A stretch of DNA of 64,000 bases from Phoronis australis. Its lineage: Eukaryota; Animalia; Phoronida. How positions within the stretch are numbered: the first letter of the stretch is position 1; each line of letters starts with the position of its first letter. Positions 38,384 to 51,096 of this stretch are shown in pieces. Below the pieces are notes generated by a model. The model had not been told where the DNA came from. It ran no database searches and worked only from the letters and a program-made list of their open reading frames with translations. Position numbers and translations under genes: made by a program. The DNA is taken from positions 1 through 64,000 of the forward strand of contig NMRA01000638.1 in the NCBI GenBank assembly GCA_002633005.1. The letters run 5' to 3'.

Positions 38384-39869
38384 CCATATTCGCCGTAATA
38401 ACTGCCCATGCCCCTATAAGCGCCCCCCCCACGCGTTTTCAGACTTTGCTAAAATCAGCACCCAGTCCACGAACGTGTATGTGTGAAAAATGCCTTACCT
38501 ACATTCCTAGAATTCTACAGTAACGTCTTCAATTTATCAATAATAAAAAAAATCATTGTGCGCAGAGTTTGTAGGCCACGAGCCTTGCCGCTATGTCGGT
38601 ATTTTACCGTGGCTATACACTTCAAACTTCCGCCATGCCTCAAAACAAACACAAAAGTTCTGCTGATATTGCGAGGACCAATGGTCTGGCCTTTCAGAAC
38701 AGAAGTAGTGTACTTGTCTACGGGATTATTTTGTAGATATTTTCCGCTTTCAACAGCAATCTCTTTGTAGGCCTACACGTGAAAACCGTGAATCAAAGAC
38801 TAATAAAAAGCTTGGCCGGTGTTAAAAGCACGTGGCCAGGAAGCGCGTGCTACATACATGAACCTGTCATCAGACATTAGTTGGGAACTATCCATTGATG
38901 GAACGGGTAGCACAGCATCGACAAGACATGAATATTAGCACTACTTTCCGATAGTTTCTAATACTATAAAAAATTTTTGCGTTATTTTTAAGATGAATTG
39001 TTTGATTAACCATAACTGGTGTTTTTAAGCCAAATATCCGATAAAATGACCACTGACAGTGAATGCTTACACACCCTTACACTGAAAAATAGCTGTTGGA
39101 TAGTCACGTACGCATCCAGCCACACATCGACTAATATGGCCTTACCGAGACAAATGTCGAACGTTTTTAGGACACGAAACTGGCAAGTGCTGAATGAAAC
39201 ATGCTCTGGTTTAGGCCTACTGCTTGCGCAAATTTCTTTAGATACAATACACATCTGTTAAATTGCGTGGCTCTGGCCACAAGACGGTATCTGCTCTGGC
39301 AAATGAACTCTGGAGACACGCACGCGCTCGCTTACTCACAAACGCAGACAACTTCAAAACAAACGTCACGTGACAACAACAGCTGTATTCGTCCAGACAT
39401 TTTTCTCATGTTGCCGATCATAGATGGCACGATGTAACACAGATTTGTACTTAGAACTGCTGTGATTCCGACTCCACGAGAACTTAAAAATCTCAGGGAT
39501 GCTACTTGGAAAACTTAAGGAGGATTTCAGGTAATTTGCTTGAGTCGAAACTGTATTTTTATTCAAGCATTCAAGTCGCCATATCGATGATTGCGAGGCA
39601 GGCAGTCGGAAAGTTTTCGCCCTGGGATTTCAGCACAATTTTCTGTAAAATGATCATAATTTAGCAGCAAAGTTTGATAGCAAAGCACCTCGCTTTTGTA
39701 GAAAGTCTTTCATAGATTACAGATACGTCACAGAGCGTAAATATGATGACTCTTAGCTTCCGATTTCACCTGTTTCGGAGACCGAGTTTCAACGGCCTTG
39801 GGTTATAATAAGCGCTCCTCTGAAACGAACTTTTCTAAGCGCCCTGGGCGGTTATTACGGTGAATACGG
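38384..39869 (-). mobile_element. TA-target TIR element, family A, copy 2
   Basis: TA|CCATATTCGCCGTAATAAC...GTTATTACGGTGAATACGG|TA; colinear with copy 1. Confidence 0.85.
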
Positions 39870-39906
39870 TACACAAAATTATGACAGATGACCATTAACA
39901 AATTAA

Positions 39907-41716
39907 GAGGCAGTCCATATAAAAACCAGTAGATTTTCAAAAATCAGTCTATACGTCAAAATTTAAAACAACTTCATTTTTTGTACATGGGTAGGTATCC
40001 TAACAAAAACCCAAATCCCAAATTTTGTGCACTCAATGACCCCTAATTTCGCCGCTGGAGCATGATAACACAAAATGGCACAATTGGGCATATTAGCCGT
40101 CTCAAAAATCGCATGTTTTCAGCAACAAAAATGAGTAACATACAAAATAGATCAAAAGCTATATTTTGGTGGCTTAAATAACCAACGTATACTGTGCATA
40201 ATTCTGNNNNNNNNNNNNNNNNNNNNNNNNNNNNNNNNNNNNNNNNNNNNNNNNNNNNNNNNNNNNNNNNNNNNNNNNNNNNNNNNNNNNNNNNNNNNAA
40301 CCCTTATCCTGCTAAGCCTCTATTCAGACAACTTTCCCTGTGTGCTAAGCTAAGTAGGTCACCACTGCTGCTATGCACTGGGCTGTTATGAAGGTCACTC
40401 AGATTAATGACCTAACATTTTTAAATTGGAAATTTGAAGGGGTAATGTCAATTTCACATAAAAGTAGTCTGCACAAAAGTTGTTCAGAATTTAATGGAGT
40501 TTTTCACCATATACATATCTTTACCATCGTCTTGCTGTGAATAATTCTATTAACTTTCAAACTGGACACCCTTTGTTTTTATCTGTTTTCGCACATGAGA
40601 ACATTATAGCTGACACTCAAAAACCGTAATAAGCATTTTTAAAAGGGAATTCATGGGATTTGCATGTTTAACAAAGCAGATTTATTGTTTGTAACATCAC
40701 ATCTACAAACAAGAATGTACAGTATATAACATAGGGCCTACCTCAACTTTGCACGATAACAAATTTATGAGTGGTGCAGTCGCTTGCTAAAGTCTATTTT
40801 GAAGTTCACCTTGATATGCAAAAACTTGAAACACGGGTGGGGACACAAAGCTATTCTGTGAAAAAGTCACAAAAATATCTAGTTCTGAATGAGTTCCATG
40901 CGCGAAGGGCGTGAGCCAAGCATCGTCGTAGGCCCGTCCAAGTTCAGCTTCAGGGACCGGTAACTCCTCCAAAATTGCACTGAGATCCGAATCGACAGAA
41001 TCTGCATTACTTGTGACTGTTGTATTAGTTTCCCAGTCACTGTCACCGTCACTTTGAGTGCCAATTTCAGCTTGTTTTCACTATCTGAGTCCATGAACAC
41101 TTCCTCAAGAAACTGGTCAACAGTCATCTTACCACGTTTGGCACCAGCCAAGATAAAACTTGCGTAAACTTTCAAATATCTCGGCAATAACTCACCACAG
41201 CCATATGTTGTAAATCAGAAAAATGTACAGGAAACTATGGACTGTGGAATGCGCATGCTCACATATATAAACAGCATACGGGGCTTTCACAATTTCTGAA
41301 TGAAAAACACCAGAGTCCTGGGGTGAGTACACCCTCCTTGCGCAGTCTAGCGGTAGCTTATTATAGGCGATTGAGTACACCCGACGCATTTTAGTAGGAT
41401 AATTGGCTTGTCGGCTGACCTCGCCTAGCGCAGGATAAGGGTTAAATTATTCAGCCACTGCGCTTTCAATTCGTATTATTCATTTGTTTTGACCTTACCA
41501 TACATGCTAGTAAAATGCATTCAAACATGCCTACTTCGACGCCCAATTTTGTTGCAAAATGGAGGTACAGGTCATAAAAAGAAAAATAATGAATGAAAAT
41601 TCTTAAAAAGTGAGGTTTTTCTACATCTCAACAAACCAAACTCATGCGCTAAGTTTCAAACAAATCTGTGATTTTGGGTATAGACTCTACCTGTTGGTTT
41701 TTATATGGAGTCACTC
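39907..41716. mobile_element. TTAA-target non-autonomous element (Kolobok-type) hosting a piggyBac-like insert
   Basis: TTAA|GAGGCAGTCCATATAAAAACCA...TGGTTTTTATATGGAGTCACTC|TTAA. Confidence 0.75.
40301..41441 (-). mobile_element. piggyBac-like non-autonomous element
   Basis: (nn)AA|CCCTTATCCTGC...GCAGGATAAGGG|TTAA; acidic N-terminal remnant MTVDQFLEEVFMDSDSE on -. Confidence 0.78.
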
Positions 41717-41828
41717 TTAAGCTATTTGACACTTTCAAATCTTTTATCCATAGGCAAACAACAATGCAGAAAATACCTAGTTGTCAACAGAAGACTCTTT
41801 TCATCATTCGTCCATCACAGCAACATAC

Positions 41829-42017
41829 CTGGTGTTCCTCCATCAGTTTTAATATGACTGGAATGCCTGCTGGAATTTCATCCTGCTCCATTGCTGTCAA
41901 TGTGGCCTCAGCACCTGTCAACCATACCATCAGCTCTTCAAGGAGGGCACTGCTGCTGCGCGTACTTGACAAAGTCTCGGATAACTTCTGCTCTCGCTGG
42001 CTTGACCAGTTAGTTAC
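41829..42017 (-). CDS. MACF1: spectraplakin exon, last spectrin repeats
   Basis: TAG|VTNWSSQREQKL...LLEELMVWLTGAEATL...LMEEHQ|GTATGT; 189 nt. Confidence 0.93.
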
Positions 42018-43228
42018 CTAGCAAAACAAGAATTGCATGAAATGACAAGTCTTGAAAATTAAAGAGCCAAAGGAATAATAATACTATGACTGAAATGACA
42101 AGACTTTACAATTTAATAACAACTGTTAATGAACTGGTCGATGATTTTAACAACAGAAATCTTTGCTAGAGATACAAAAACAGTTCAGGAAATAACTAGC
42201 TTTCAACGAAAAAGATCTACCGTAACTACTTTTTTTGTGATAGCATTTAGAAAATTTCCAAGAAATGACCATCAGACTTATCAGACTTGTTACTAACCAT
42301 TACTTCTGTGACTGAAGATAAAACAAAACGTACCGAGAGTGGCGTAGATGAAGTAATATCCCACAAGACATTATTCCGCGTATTATTACATGGAATAATG
42401 TTGAGTGGGGTATTACTTCATCCACGCCAATCGAGTTACTTTGAATTCCTAAGTTTCTTTCATTTTTTTCAGCAGATTTTATAATACTTCACTCAAGACT
42501 GTTCACGTGGCGGATCACATCCTATATTATGTACTTGCACGTTAGGTTGCAAGTCTTCTCTAGTAAAAAAAAATTTTAAATGTAATGATTTATAACTTGA
42601 AAAGAGATAACAAAGATGAAAAGGACGGAAATTGTGCATTGAACTTGTAGCATCTAAAAAGAGTTAAATAACATTTGATATTGTAGTTACCGAAGAATAG
42701 GCACCTGAGTTGCTGATGATATAATATTAAGCAATTGAAAACTGAGACGGAACTGTCATATAATTAACAGTGCTGTTCCAGATGTTCAATTATGACCTGA
42801 TTGCATGTCGAGTGTTATCTACACTGCTGCAATTGCATTACTTTAAACTATTTTTGGAAAGTTTGATGATCAAACCGGGTAACGAAGTTGAGTCGACATT
42901 GACCTACCTTTTGAACTTTGCATGTCAGAGGTCACTGTTGAAGTAATGCGGCAGGTGAATACAGAAAACATTATTACCTGGCCGTATTGCACCCGACTGA
43001 TTCAACGCGTATGTGAAAAATAAGTGAACTTGCCTTGAATGCGTAGATAAAGCACTAACGAATATTCGTCAGCCATGACACATTTACAAAGCATAGTTAA
43101 ACAGTTCAGTATTAAGACCTTGGTACACTGGCACAAGCAAATGACTGGTAGAGAAAGCTAATCTACCCTGAACTTAAATTTCACACAGACAATGAAAACA
43201 TGCTATAGTATTGCAAGCTAATACTTAC

Positions 43229-43372
43229 ATCCTCCCACCTGGCTTTCAGTATAGTCAGCCAGTGTTTCATAGGGTTCCTGGCATTAGGATGGCACTGGCG
43301 TAGTATATCTTGTCCTAGTTCCAGGGCCTCAGACAGGTCAGCCTCTTTTCGGGCAATTTCTGCCTGTACATT
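43229..43372 (-). CDS. MACF1: spectraplakin exon, spectrin repeat
   Basis: AAG|NVQAEIARKEADLSEALELGQDILRQCHPNARNPMKHWLTILKARWED|GTAAGT; 144 nt. An alternative in-frame CAG acceptor would start the exon at 43363. Confidence 0.88.
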
Positions 43373-43483
43373 CTTAAGGAAACAATATAAGACAGATTAA
43401 AAAACCAGCACTCTGACCACTGTGTGCTAACAGGTGACACACAACCACAACAACCCTTTTTGTATTGAAGAAAAGAATATTAC

Positions 43484-44946
43484 AATGCGCCCACGAATGT
43501 ATCGCAAATGGTGTGCTTTTAGGGTTATTTGTATCATAAGAATGGCCACTAGATGGCGCAAAAATGTACAATCCATCCAAAAACGGGAACATGCCATATT
43601 TCACGAAAATCTGTCAAGGAACTTCTCAGAGAAACAAAGGAAAACAACAAAGTGAAATTGCCACTTGTGGGCACAGCGTCCGTTCCATCCGCCTGAAAGT
43701 CGTCATCTTCATAAAAATTCACTTACTAAATTGATTCATTAAAGATCCTGCAGTGGGTTTTGAAGATACAGCTGTGGGCGCAAAACAAATCAAAACTACC
43801 ACTAGGAGGCGCCACAGTAGTCAGTCACCATCATCAAACGTCCTCTTCGCACTGAAAACATGTATGCTAATTTTCAAAACCATCCCTAGAATGATTTGGT
43901 TGATCGAGGGGTGGAAGTCAAAAAGATTTGAAAACAGCAAAAATGGGCACCAGGTGGCGCAAAATAACTCAATTCCATCTAAAAACAGAATGATAGCGTC
44001 ATCTCACCAACAGATGCCTATAATCAAAACTTTATGAAAATCTGTTGAGGACCTTTGACGATACAGACTGGTAAACATAAAAACTAAAATTGCCACTAGG
44101 GGGCACACAAGAAGTCAGATCCGTCTGAAAGTACACTTGCTAAATTAAGTAAAGATCCTGCAAACGGTTTAATACATAAAGCTATGAGCGCAAAATCAAC
44201 AAAATTGCACTAGGAGGTGCCACAGTAGTTGAACTCGTCGGAAAATCGTTGTAAGCCGTCCACTTCATAGTAAAAACATACATGCAAATGTCCACAATTA
44301 TCCTGAAAGTCGTTTGGTTGATAGACGAGTGGACGCCAAAAACAGTAAAAATGGCCATTAGGTGGCGCAAACTAGGTCGAATCCATCTGAAAACGAAGAG
44401 ATAGCACCACCTCATTAACAGATGCCTGTATGCAGAATTTTATGAAAATACGTTGAAGCCCTTGGAACATACAGAGGTAAGTGTAAAAAAATAGAATTGC
44501 CACTAGGAGGCGCCACAGTAGTCCAAGTCGTCAGAAAATCATTGCCAGCCGTCCACTTTATAGTAAGAACATACATACCAATTTTCACAATCATCATTTG
44601 AGCGGTTTGGTTGATAGAGGGGTGGACGCAAAAAAACAGACTCGAAAACAGTAAAAATGGCCACTAGGTGGCGCAAACTACGTCAAATCCATCTGAAAAC
44701 AGGTGGATAGCATCATCGCCCTATTGGTTGCTTATATACCAAATTTTATGAAAACCGTTCTGGACTTTTGAAGATACAGTGGGAAACGTAAAAAACTTAA
44801 GTTCGCTCATGCTGTTCCATCCACAGAAGGAACACATATGCAAAATTCATGAACATACGTTAAGGCATTTTGTAGATAGAGCAGCAGACGCCGGACGGAG
44901 ATGACGGCATAATGCGTCCACATACAAATATGGGGGCGCATTAAAA
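43484..44946 (+). mobile_element. HINE-like family H1, copy 5
   Basis: GCCCACGAATG.ATCGC head, 9 monomers, 3' hairpin TGCGTCCACATAC/TATGGGGGCGCA. Confidence 0.8.
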
Positions 44947-46056
44947 TGAAATTCAAAATGTAAACACAAAAAAATTGAACTGATTTGCAATGAATATACC
45001 TCATGGCTTGCTGAAGGTGTCTGCAAAGAGAACGTTCCACATGCAACCTTTTGTAATTACCGTATTCGCTGTTATGAACACCCAAGGGGCTTAGAGAAAT
45101 TCGCTTTAGGAAGGGGAGCGCTTATTATAGCCCAAAGTGGTTGAAACCCGGTCTCCGAAACAGGTGAAATCGTAAGCTAGAATTCGTCAAATTTACGCTC
45201 TGTGATACATCTGTAACCTATGACAAAGTTTCTACAAAACTGCAGTGCATTGCCATCAAACTTTGTTGTTAAAGTACGAGCATTTTTCTGAAATTCCCAG
45301 TGAGAAACCTTGCTGACTGATGCGTCTCTGCCTCGCGATCGCCAATAGGTCAACTTGAATTCTTGAGTAAAAATATAGTTTCGACTCGACAAATTACCTC
45401 CTTAAGTTTTCAAAATAGCAACCCTGACATTTTTAAGTTCCTGTGGAGTCGGGATTAACTGCATATTAAGTCCAAATCTGCATTAGATCGTACTCCGCAA
45501 CACAAGAAAAATCCCTGGACGAACACACATGTTGTTGTAATGTGAAGTTTGTTTGCATGTTTGAGTGAGCGAGCGCACGCGTGTCATCAGAGTTCATTTG
45601 CCAGAGTAAACGCGATCTAACGATGTAGGTGTGCATTGTAACTAAAGAAATCAACACAAGAAGTAAAGCAAAAAGTGTTTTATTTAGTACTTTTTGATCT
45701 CATCTGCTAAAAAAACCTTCGAGAATTGTCTCGGGAAGGCTGATATTGAGTCGCCGGGTAACTGGATGCCTAAGTTATTTTTCGGGAGATTCGGGGAGTG
45801 TAAGGGTGCAGAAATACGATACACAATGAGTGGGTTATTTTGGCTTTAAAAACAGCAATTACGATTAATTTAATAATTCCTCCTAAAAACAACGCAAATG
45901 TTTTTTTACTGTATTAGAAACTTTCGGAAATAAGTGCCAATATTTATTTCTTGCCGATGCTATGCTACCTGTTTCACGAACAGATAGTTCCCGAAGACTA
46001 ATCTTCAATGACAGGTACTTGTATGTAACACCCATTTCTTAGTCATGTGCTTTTAA

Positions 46057-46243
46057 CAGGGCTTGGAATGACCAATGACAAAAAAGCGAAAATTTTTATG
46101 GCCCAAAACATGCACGCACCCAGCCTTGAAATGGTCCATGTGGACCTTTTGCCTACAAAAATTGCGGAAATATATTAAAATACGCGGACAGAACATTTGA
46201 AAAAAGCGGAAATCCGCGTTTCTGCCGAAAATTCCAAGCCTTG
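46057..46243. mobile_element. Internally deleted copy of the same CAGGG element, 6-bp TSD (TTTTAA)
   Basis: TTTTAA|CAGGGCTTGGAATGACCAATGAC...TTCCAAGCCTTG|TTTTAA; empty site present in family A copies 1 and 2. Confidence 0.85.
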
Positions 46244-46273
46244 TTTTAACAAAGGTCAAGTTTTTATTGGTCT

Positions 46274-46540
46274 TCGATTCGCGGTTTTCACGTATACAAA
46301 GAAATTTGGATTCCTGTTGAGGGAGAAGATCTGTACAGGAAAGATACAATACAATCCCGTCGTCAAGTACGCTGCGTCTGTTCCGAAAGGCCAGACCATA
46401 ATAGGACACGTCCCTTGCAAGATCAGCAAAGCTTATACGTTCTTCTTGATGCACAGCAGAGGTTTGAAGTGTATAGTCACGGCTAAATACAGACATAGGG
46501 GCGAGGCGCTTGGTCTACAAATTCCGTGCACTATCATTTT
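46274..46540 (+). pseudogene. Frameshifted HIRAN-like domain inside family A element
   Basis: IRGFHVYKEIWIPVEGEDL, then a frameshift, then NPVVKYAASVPKGQTIIGHVPCKISKAYTFFL...KCIVTAK...GLQIPC. This fits the HIRAN pattern (RG-hY, N-x-D-x-x-A, IGHVP). Confidence 0.7.
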
Positions 46541-47496
46541 TTTCAGGACTGTTGGATCTTATGGATAATTGAAGACGTTACTGGAGAACATTAGAACTGT
46601 AGGTAAGGCATTCTTTGCATGTACGATGGTGTTCATGGACTGGGCACTTATTTTAGATAAGTCTGAAAACGCGTGGAGGGCGCTTGTAGGGGCATGGGCA
46701 CTTATTAGGTCGAATAAGTATTTATTTAGAACAACAACCTCAACTTCAAAATTGAAGCACTACTTTAGGTAGCCTTGATGCAAAACTGTATACTAAATAC
46801 ACAGTTTTGCAGCAATGTGGGTAAAAACTGACCAAATAAAAACTGACACAAAAGAAGTTCATAAAAAACTAGTCTTCCTTGAGTAAACAAAATTATTTAC
46901 AGCAGTTGGAAAAATTGGCAAAATTTTAGAAAGCGGCGCGTGTGTGTGTCACAAGCATAATGTTTTCAAAATGATGGCAGACTTTTGCTTGTTGCAAAAG
47001 GTGGAGAATTGTGCAAGAAAATGACGATTAGTTTTCACTTAAACGGCTGCAGAAGGCAAGGTGAGTGCCGCTCAGATTTTGTATGCACCCTAGGTGGTCA
47101 TTAGCTTTACATGTTGATAAGTTTCACAACAAGGTGGCCAGCAAAACTACCCAGGCTGTGTTAAATTTTGCGGTGCCTAGCTGTATTTCGACGATAGTCT
47201 TCACACAGCTAGCTGGTTGGCTATAAGTTTAAAAACCGGACGATCGCCGCACAAAGAAAAAAGTTCATGTTCAATTCAACATGATCAGGATCATATTTAC
47301 AACAATTTAGGACAACAAGTGCCAACATACAGCTCAGGTAACATCTATAGAGTGAAGTGAGAGATACATAGAATATAGTCAGTAGCTGGTCATTATTTAT
47401 AAAAGAAACTACAACATTAGGTCACCAGACAGGATGTCGAGTAAATGTGGAACGTGGAAGGAAATCTTTAGACCAAGAGAATTCTTTGTTACTCAC

Positions 47497-47625
47497 CCTG
47501 TGTTCATCCAACATCTTCGCCAAGACTGGCTCTTCCTCTGGAATGGGCCCCTGGTACCGTAGCTGCATCTCAATGTCAGACAACCAATCCAAGAAACAAT
47601 GAGTCATGCGGTAGAATTCTTCAGC
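47497..47625 (-). CDS. MACF1: spectraplakin exon, spectrin repeat
   Basis: CAG|AEEFYRMTHCFLDWLSDIEMQLRYQGPIPEEEPVLAKMLDEHR|GTGAGT; 129 nt. Confidence 0.93.
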
Positions 47626-47779
47626 CTGGGGAAATGCAAAACAATTGCTTTCATGTTTTTATTAACCGACAACCACATGAAAGCGAACACATATCAGAAC
47701 AGTTCTTTTTTGTTATAAAAACCTGCTTCTATTTAATTTTCAAAAGAGTTAGTTGTGGCAGATTCTATTTCATCCAAAG

Positions 47780-47976
47780 CACAATCCACCCAGCCCCATC
47801 CACTCCTAGCCTCAACCCACCCAACACCATCTCATCTTAGACACAATCCACCTAGCCCCATCCACTCCTAGCCTCAACCCACCCAACACCATCTCATCTT
47901 AGACACAATCCACCTAGCCCCATCCACTCCTAGCCTCAACCCACCCAACACCATCTCATCTTAGACACAATCCACC
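47780..47976 (+). repeat. 62-bp minisatellite running into a gap
   Basis: Units start at 47780, 47842, 47904 and 47966. Confidence 0.9.
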
Positions 47977-48595
47977 NNNNNNNNNNNNNNNNNNNNNNNN
48001 NNNNNNNNNNNNNNNNNNNNNNNNNNNNNNNNNNNNNNNNNNNNNNNNNNNNNNNNNNNNNNNNNNNNNNNNNNNNNNNNNNNNNNNNNNNNNNNNNNNN
48101 NNNNNNNNNNNNNNNNNNNNNNNNNNNNNNNNNNNNNNNNNNNNNNNNNNNNNNNNNNNNNNNNNNNNNNNNNNNNNNNNNNNNNNNNNNNNNNNNNNNN
48201 NNNNNNNNNNNNNNNNNNNNNNNNNNNNNNNNNNNNNNNNNNNNNNNNNNNNNNNNNNNNNNNNNNNNNNNNNNNNNNNNNNNNNNNNNNNNNNNNNNNN
48301 NNNNNNNNNNNNNNNNNNNNNNNNNNNNNNNNNNNNNNNNNNNNNNNNNNNNNNNNNNNNNNNNNNNNNNNNNNNNNNNNNNNNNNNNNNNNNNNNNNNN
48401 NNNNNNNNNNNNNNNNNNNNNNNNNNNNNNNNNNNNNNNNNNNNNNNNNNNNNNNNNNNNNNNNNNNNNTCTCATACTAGACACAGCATACCCAGTACCA
48501 TCTCATCCAAGCCGCACCCCAATCCAGCCTCATTCATTCCTGGCCACAAACCACCTAGCACCAGCCCATCCTAGGCACAAACCATCATTTCCTAC

Positions 48596-48790
48596 CTTCG
48601 TCTTAGCTTGTTCCAACCTGGCCTGTCGGGACACGCTTAACTTGCACACCTTGTCCCAGTTGGTAGTCAACTCAATCAGCTGACCCTCCATCTCAGCCAC
48701 CCCCTCGTCTGCTGTCTCCATCAGACCCTTGGCCTGCTTACGTACAGACTGGATAGCACTGGCCCGTTTACCCAACTCCTGTTGGAATTG
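48596..48790 (-). CDS. MACF1: spectraplakin exon, spectrin repeat
   Basis: CAG|QFQQELGKRASAIQSVR...WDKVCKLSVSRQARLEQAKTK|GTAGG; 195 nt. Confidence 0.93.
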
Positions 48791-49051
48791 CTGTTTGGAG
48801 AGAAGTAGGTCTTGGTTAGATAACAAGAACTGGTGCTTTGATTTCATTACATCATTACTATGGCTAAAACAGAAATAAAAATAGAAATAAAAAAGAGTTT
48901 ATCAACAGCTCTTAAGTTGTTCCAATCACAGCTACTGACTTTGTGTATGATGCAATTTTCAAATCTTTTCAACTGCGACATTGACAACACCATACTAAAT
49001 TGAAGAATTTTGTCCATAATCACAGAATGACAATTGCGTTGGCCTACTTAC

Positions 49052-49211
49052 ATAGTGTTCCTCCACTAGGCTGGACACAGTGTCCAAGTCTCCGTCCACT
49101 AACTGGTCATCGGCAAGTGCTGGCTCCATTTTCAACAACCAGTCAAGCAAGGCCTGTAAAGCCTCATTGAACTGACCGCTGAACAGAAGGGACTCCTCCA
49201 GCTTACGTTGC
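49052..49211 (-). CDS. MACF1: spectraplakin exon, spectrin repeat
   Basis: CAG|[25 protein letters not shown]...[15 protein letters not shown]|GTAAGT; 160 nt, phase 2-0. Confidence 0.95.
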
Positions 49212-49413
49212 CTGCAATACCATCAATGATTGCAAGGGAGTTTGCATGACAGAAAATCTTTGTACAAGTTGAAAAAGTTCATATTGCAAAAATGTCAATT
49301 CTAACTATTACAGGAGCGAGACCTGATGCATTTAAGAAAAACCTTCCTAATCATTGAAAATCATTTATTATGGAAAACCTTGCACCAGTCTTCTTGTGAA
49401 GAACCCTACTCAC

Positions 49414-49907
49414 CTGTCAACAGACTTCCCACATACTGAGTTCCATTTACTTTTTACTGTTGCCAACATCCCTTGTATCAACTCTTGATCAGTGGGTGGG
49501 GCCTTCTCCTTCAAGCCCCGCCCATATCGTGTCGTTGCATCATATACTGGCTGCTTTGCACCCAGTGATCTCTGAAACTCTTTGTGCTTGCTGATATTCT
49601 CCTTAATCTTTGCTGGGTCTTTTCCAATGGCATGCTCAGAAGTCAAGAATGCCTCGCTCTCATCAAGCCAAGCACACATCTCCCCCCACATGTCGGCAAA
49701 CTGCTTTGCTCCCTTAGAAGCGTGGTCCAGCTGACGTGTCCGCTCTGCTGAGCGCGAGACGATCTTCTCCCACCGGTGCTGGACGCTGTTAAGGAGGTTT
49801 TTGATAAGGATGACGTCCTGCTTCTGGCTGAAGTACTTGAGGTGTGTACCTGTCTTGTCAAGATCAAGCATCAGTTCACGATGGCTGGAGATCTCCTTCT
49901 GTAGGTT
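49414..49907 (-). CDS. MACF1: spectraplakin exon, spectrin repeats
   Basis: CAG|NLQKEISSHRELMLDLDKTGTHLKYFSQKQDVILIKNLL...VCGKSVDR|GTGAGT; 494 nt; contains the MACF1/DST hallmark HLKYFSQKQDVILIKNLL. Confidence 0.97.
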
Positions 49908-49989
49908 CTGCAATTGTAAATGTCACAGTCAAGCAATACACGGACTCATTCAGGGTAATAGTTGGACATAACCTGCCCGCATGTATAAG

Positions 49990-50840
49990 TCATGTCAACG
50001 ACAATCCATAATTTTAGAATTTATGAAAACAGAACTTGGCTCACATTATGTCACAGAATTCTCAAAATTTCACAGAATTTCAGCCAAGCAAGTTATGTCA
50101 CAGCTTTACAAAAAGATAAAGATTATTTGGATTTCATTAAGAGTGAAATACATATAATTGCTAAAATAAATGATAGAAAAGCCATTTTTAATATTCCAGA
50201 TAATGAGCCTTAATAGATGATTCATTATTTTTTGAAACAATGCTACTTAAAATTCGTATCGGCGACTATTTTTGCAAGGAAAACAGTAATGTGTAAACAT
50301 AAGATTAGTTTGCAGAAACAAATTGACGTTTTGTATGAGTTGACTCCCAATAGCGATTCGTGTGTTCTTCATGAGATTTTAGAAGAATTAGAATTGGAAA
50401 CTATTCGAGGTGAATTTATGAAAGGCCATTTAGTCAGAGCCTGTGCAAGATGGATTGAACATGGTGGGAAACCAACAAAATATTTCGCAAACCTGGAAAC
50501 ACGTAATTTTTTTAATAAAAATATTTCAAAACTAATTGATTCAAATAAACAGACTATTATGAAGACCAGCCAAAATTTTTGGCTGAAATTACATAATCTT
50601 TATAAAAACCTTATATTTTCGGGTAACGATAATTTATTAAGCGACTGATTTGCCAACTTTAATAAACCTCCTAAATATTTCTACATCGAGTGAAGAAGCA
50701 AGCTTAAAACTTGAGGGCAAAATTCTACTGGATGACGCATTATCTGTTGTGAAGAATATGAAAAATGATAAAACGCCAGGCCCAGATGGCTTCACTGCCA
50801 AGTTTTTCAATTTTTTTCAGCATGATACTTGTTTTTTAAT
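49990..50840 (+). mobile_element. L1/Tx1-clade LINE ORF2 relic (linker to RT start)
   Basis: KGHLVRACARWIEHGGKPTKYFANLE; VKNMKNDKTPGPDGFTAKFF; contains frameshifts. Confidence 0.85.
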
Positions 50841-51096
50841 ACCGTATTCACCCTAATAAAAAATTGCTTCAGCAAGGGGGTGCTTATTATAGCCCAAAAG
50901 TGGTCGAAACCCGGTCTCCAAAACTGGTGAGCTAGGATTCATCAGATTTTCGCTCTGTGACTCGTCTGTAACCTATGACAGAGTTTCTACAAAATTGAAG
51001 TGCACTGCGATCAAACTTTGTTGTTAAATTACGAGCATTTTTCAGAAAATCCCAGAGCGAAAACTCGTCGACAATTACATCACCCTGGATGCCGCA

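Larger units (their letters stand above)
45060..46718 (+). mobile_element. TA-target TIR element, family A, copy 3 (inverted, diverged), best-preserved HIRAN-like remnant
   Basis: TA|CCGTATTCGCTG...; reverse-complement homology to copies 1 and 2; nested insertion at 46057-46243. Confidence 0.8.
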
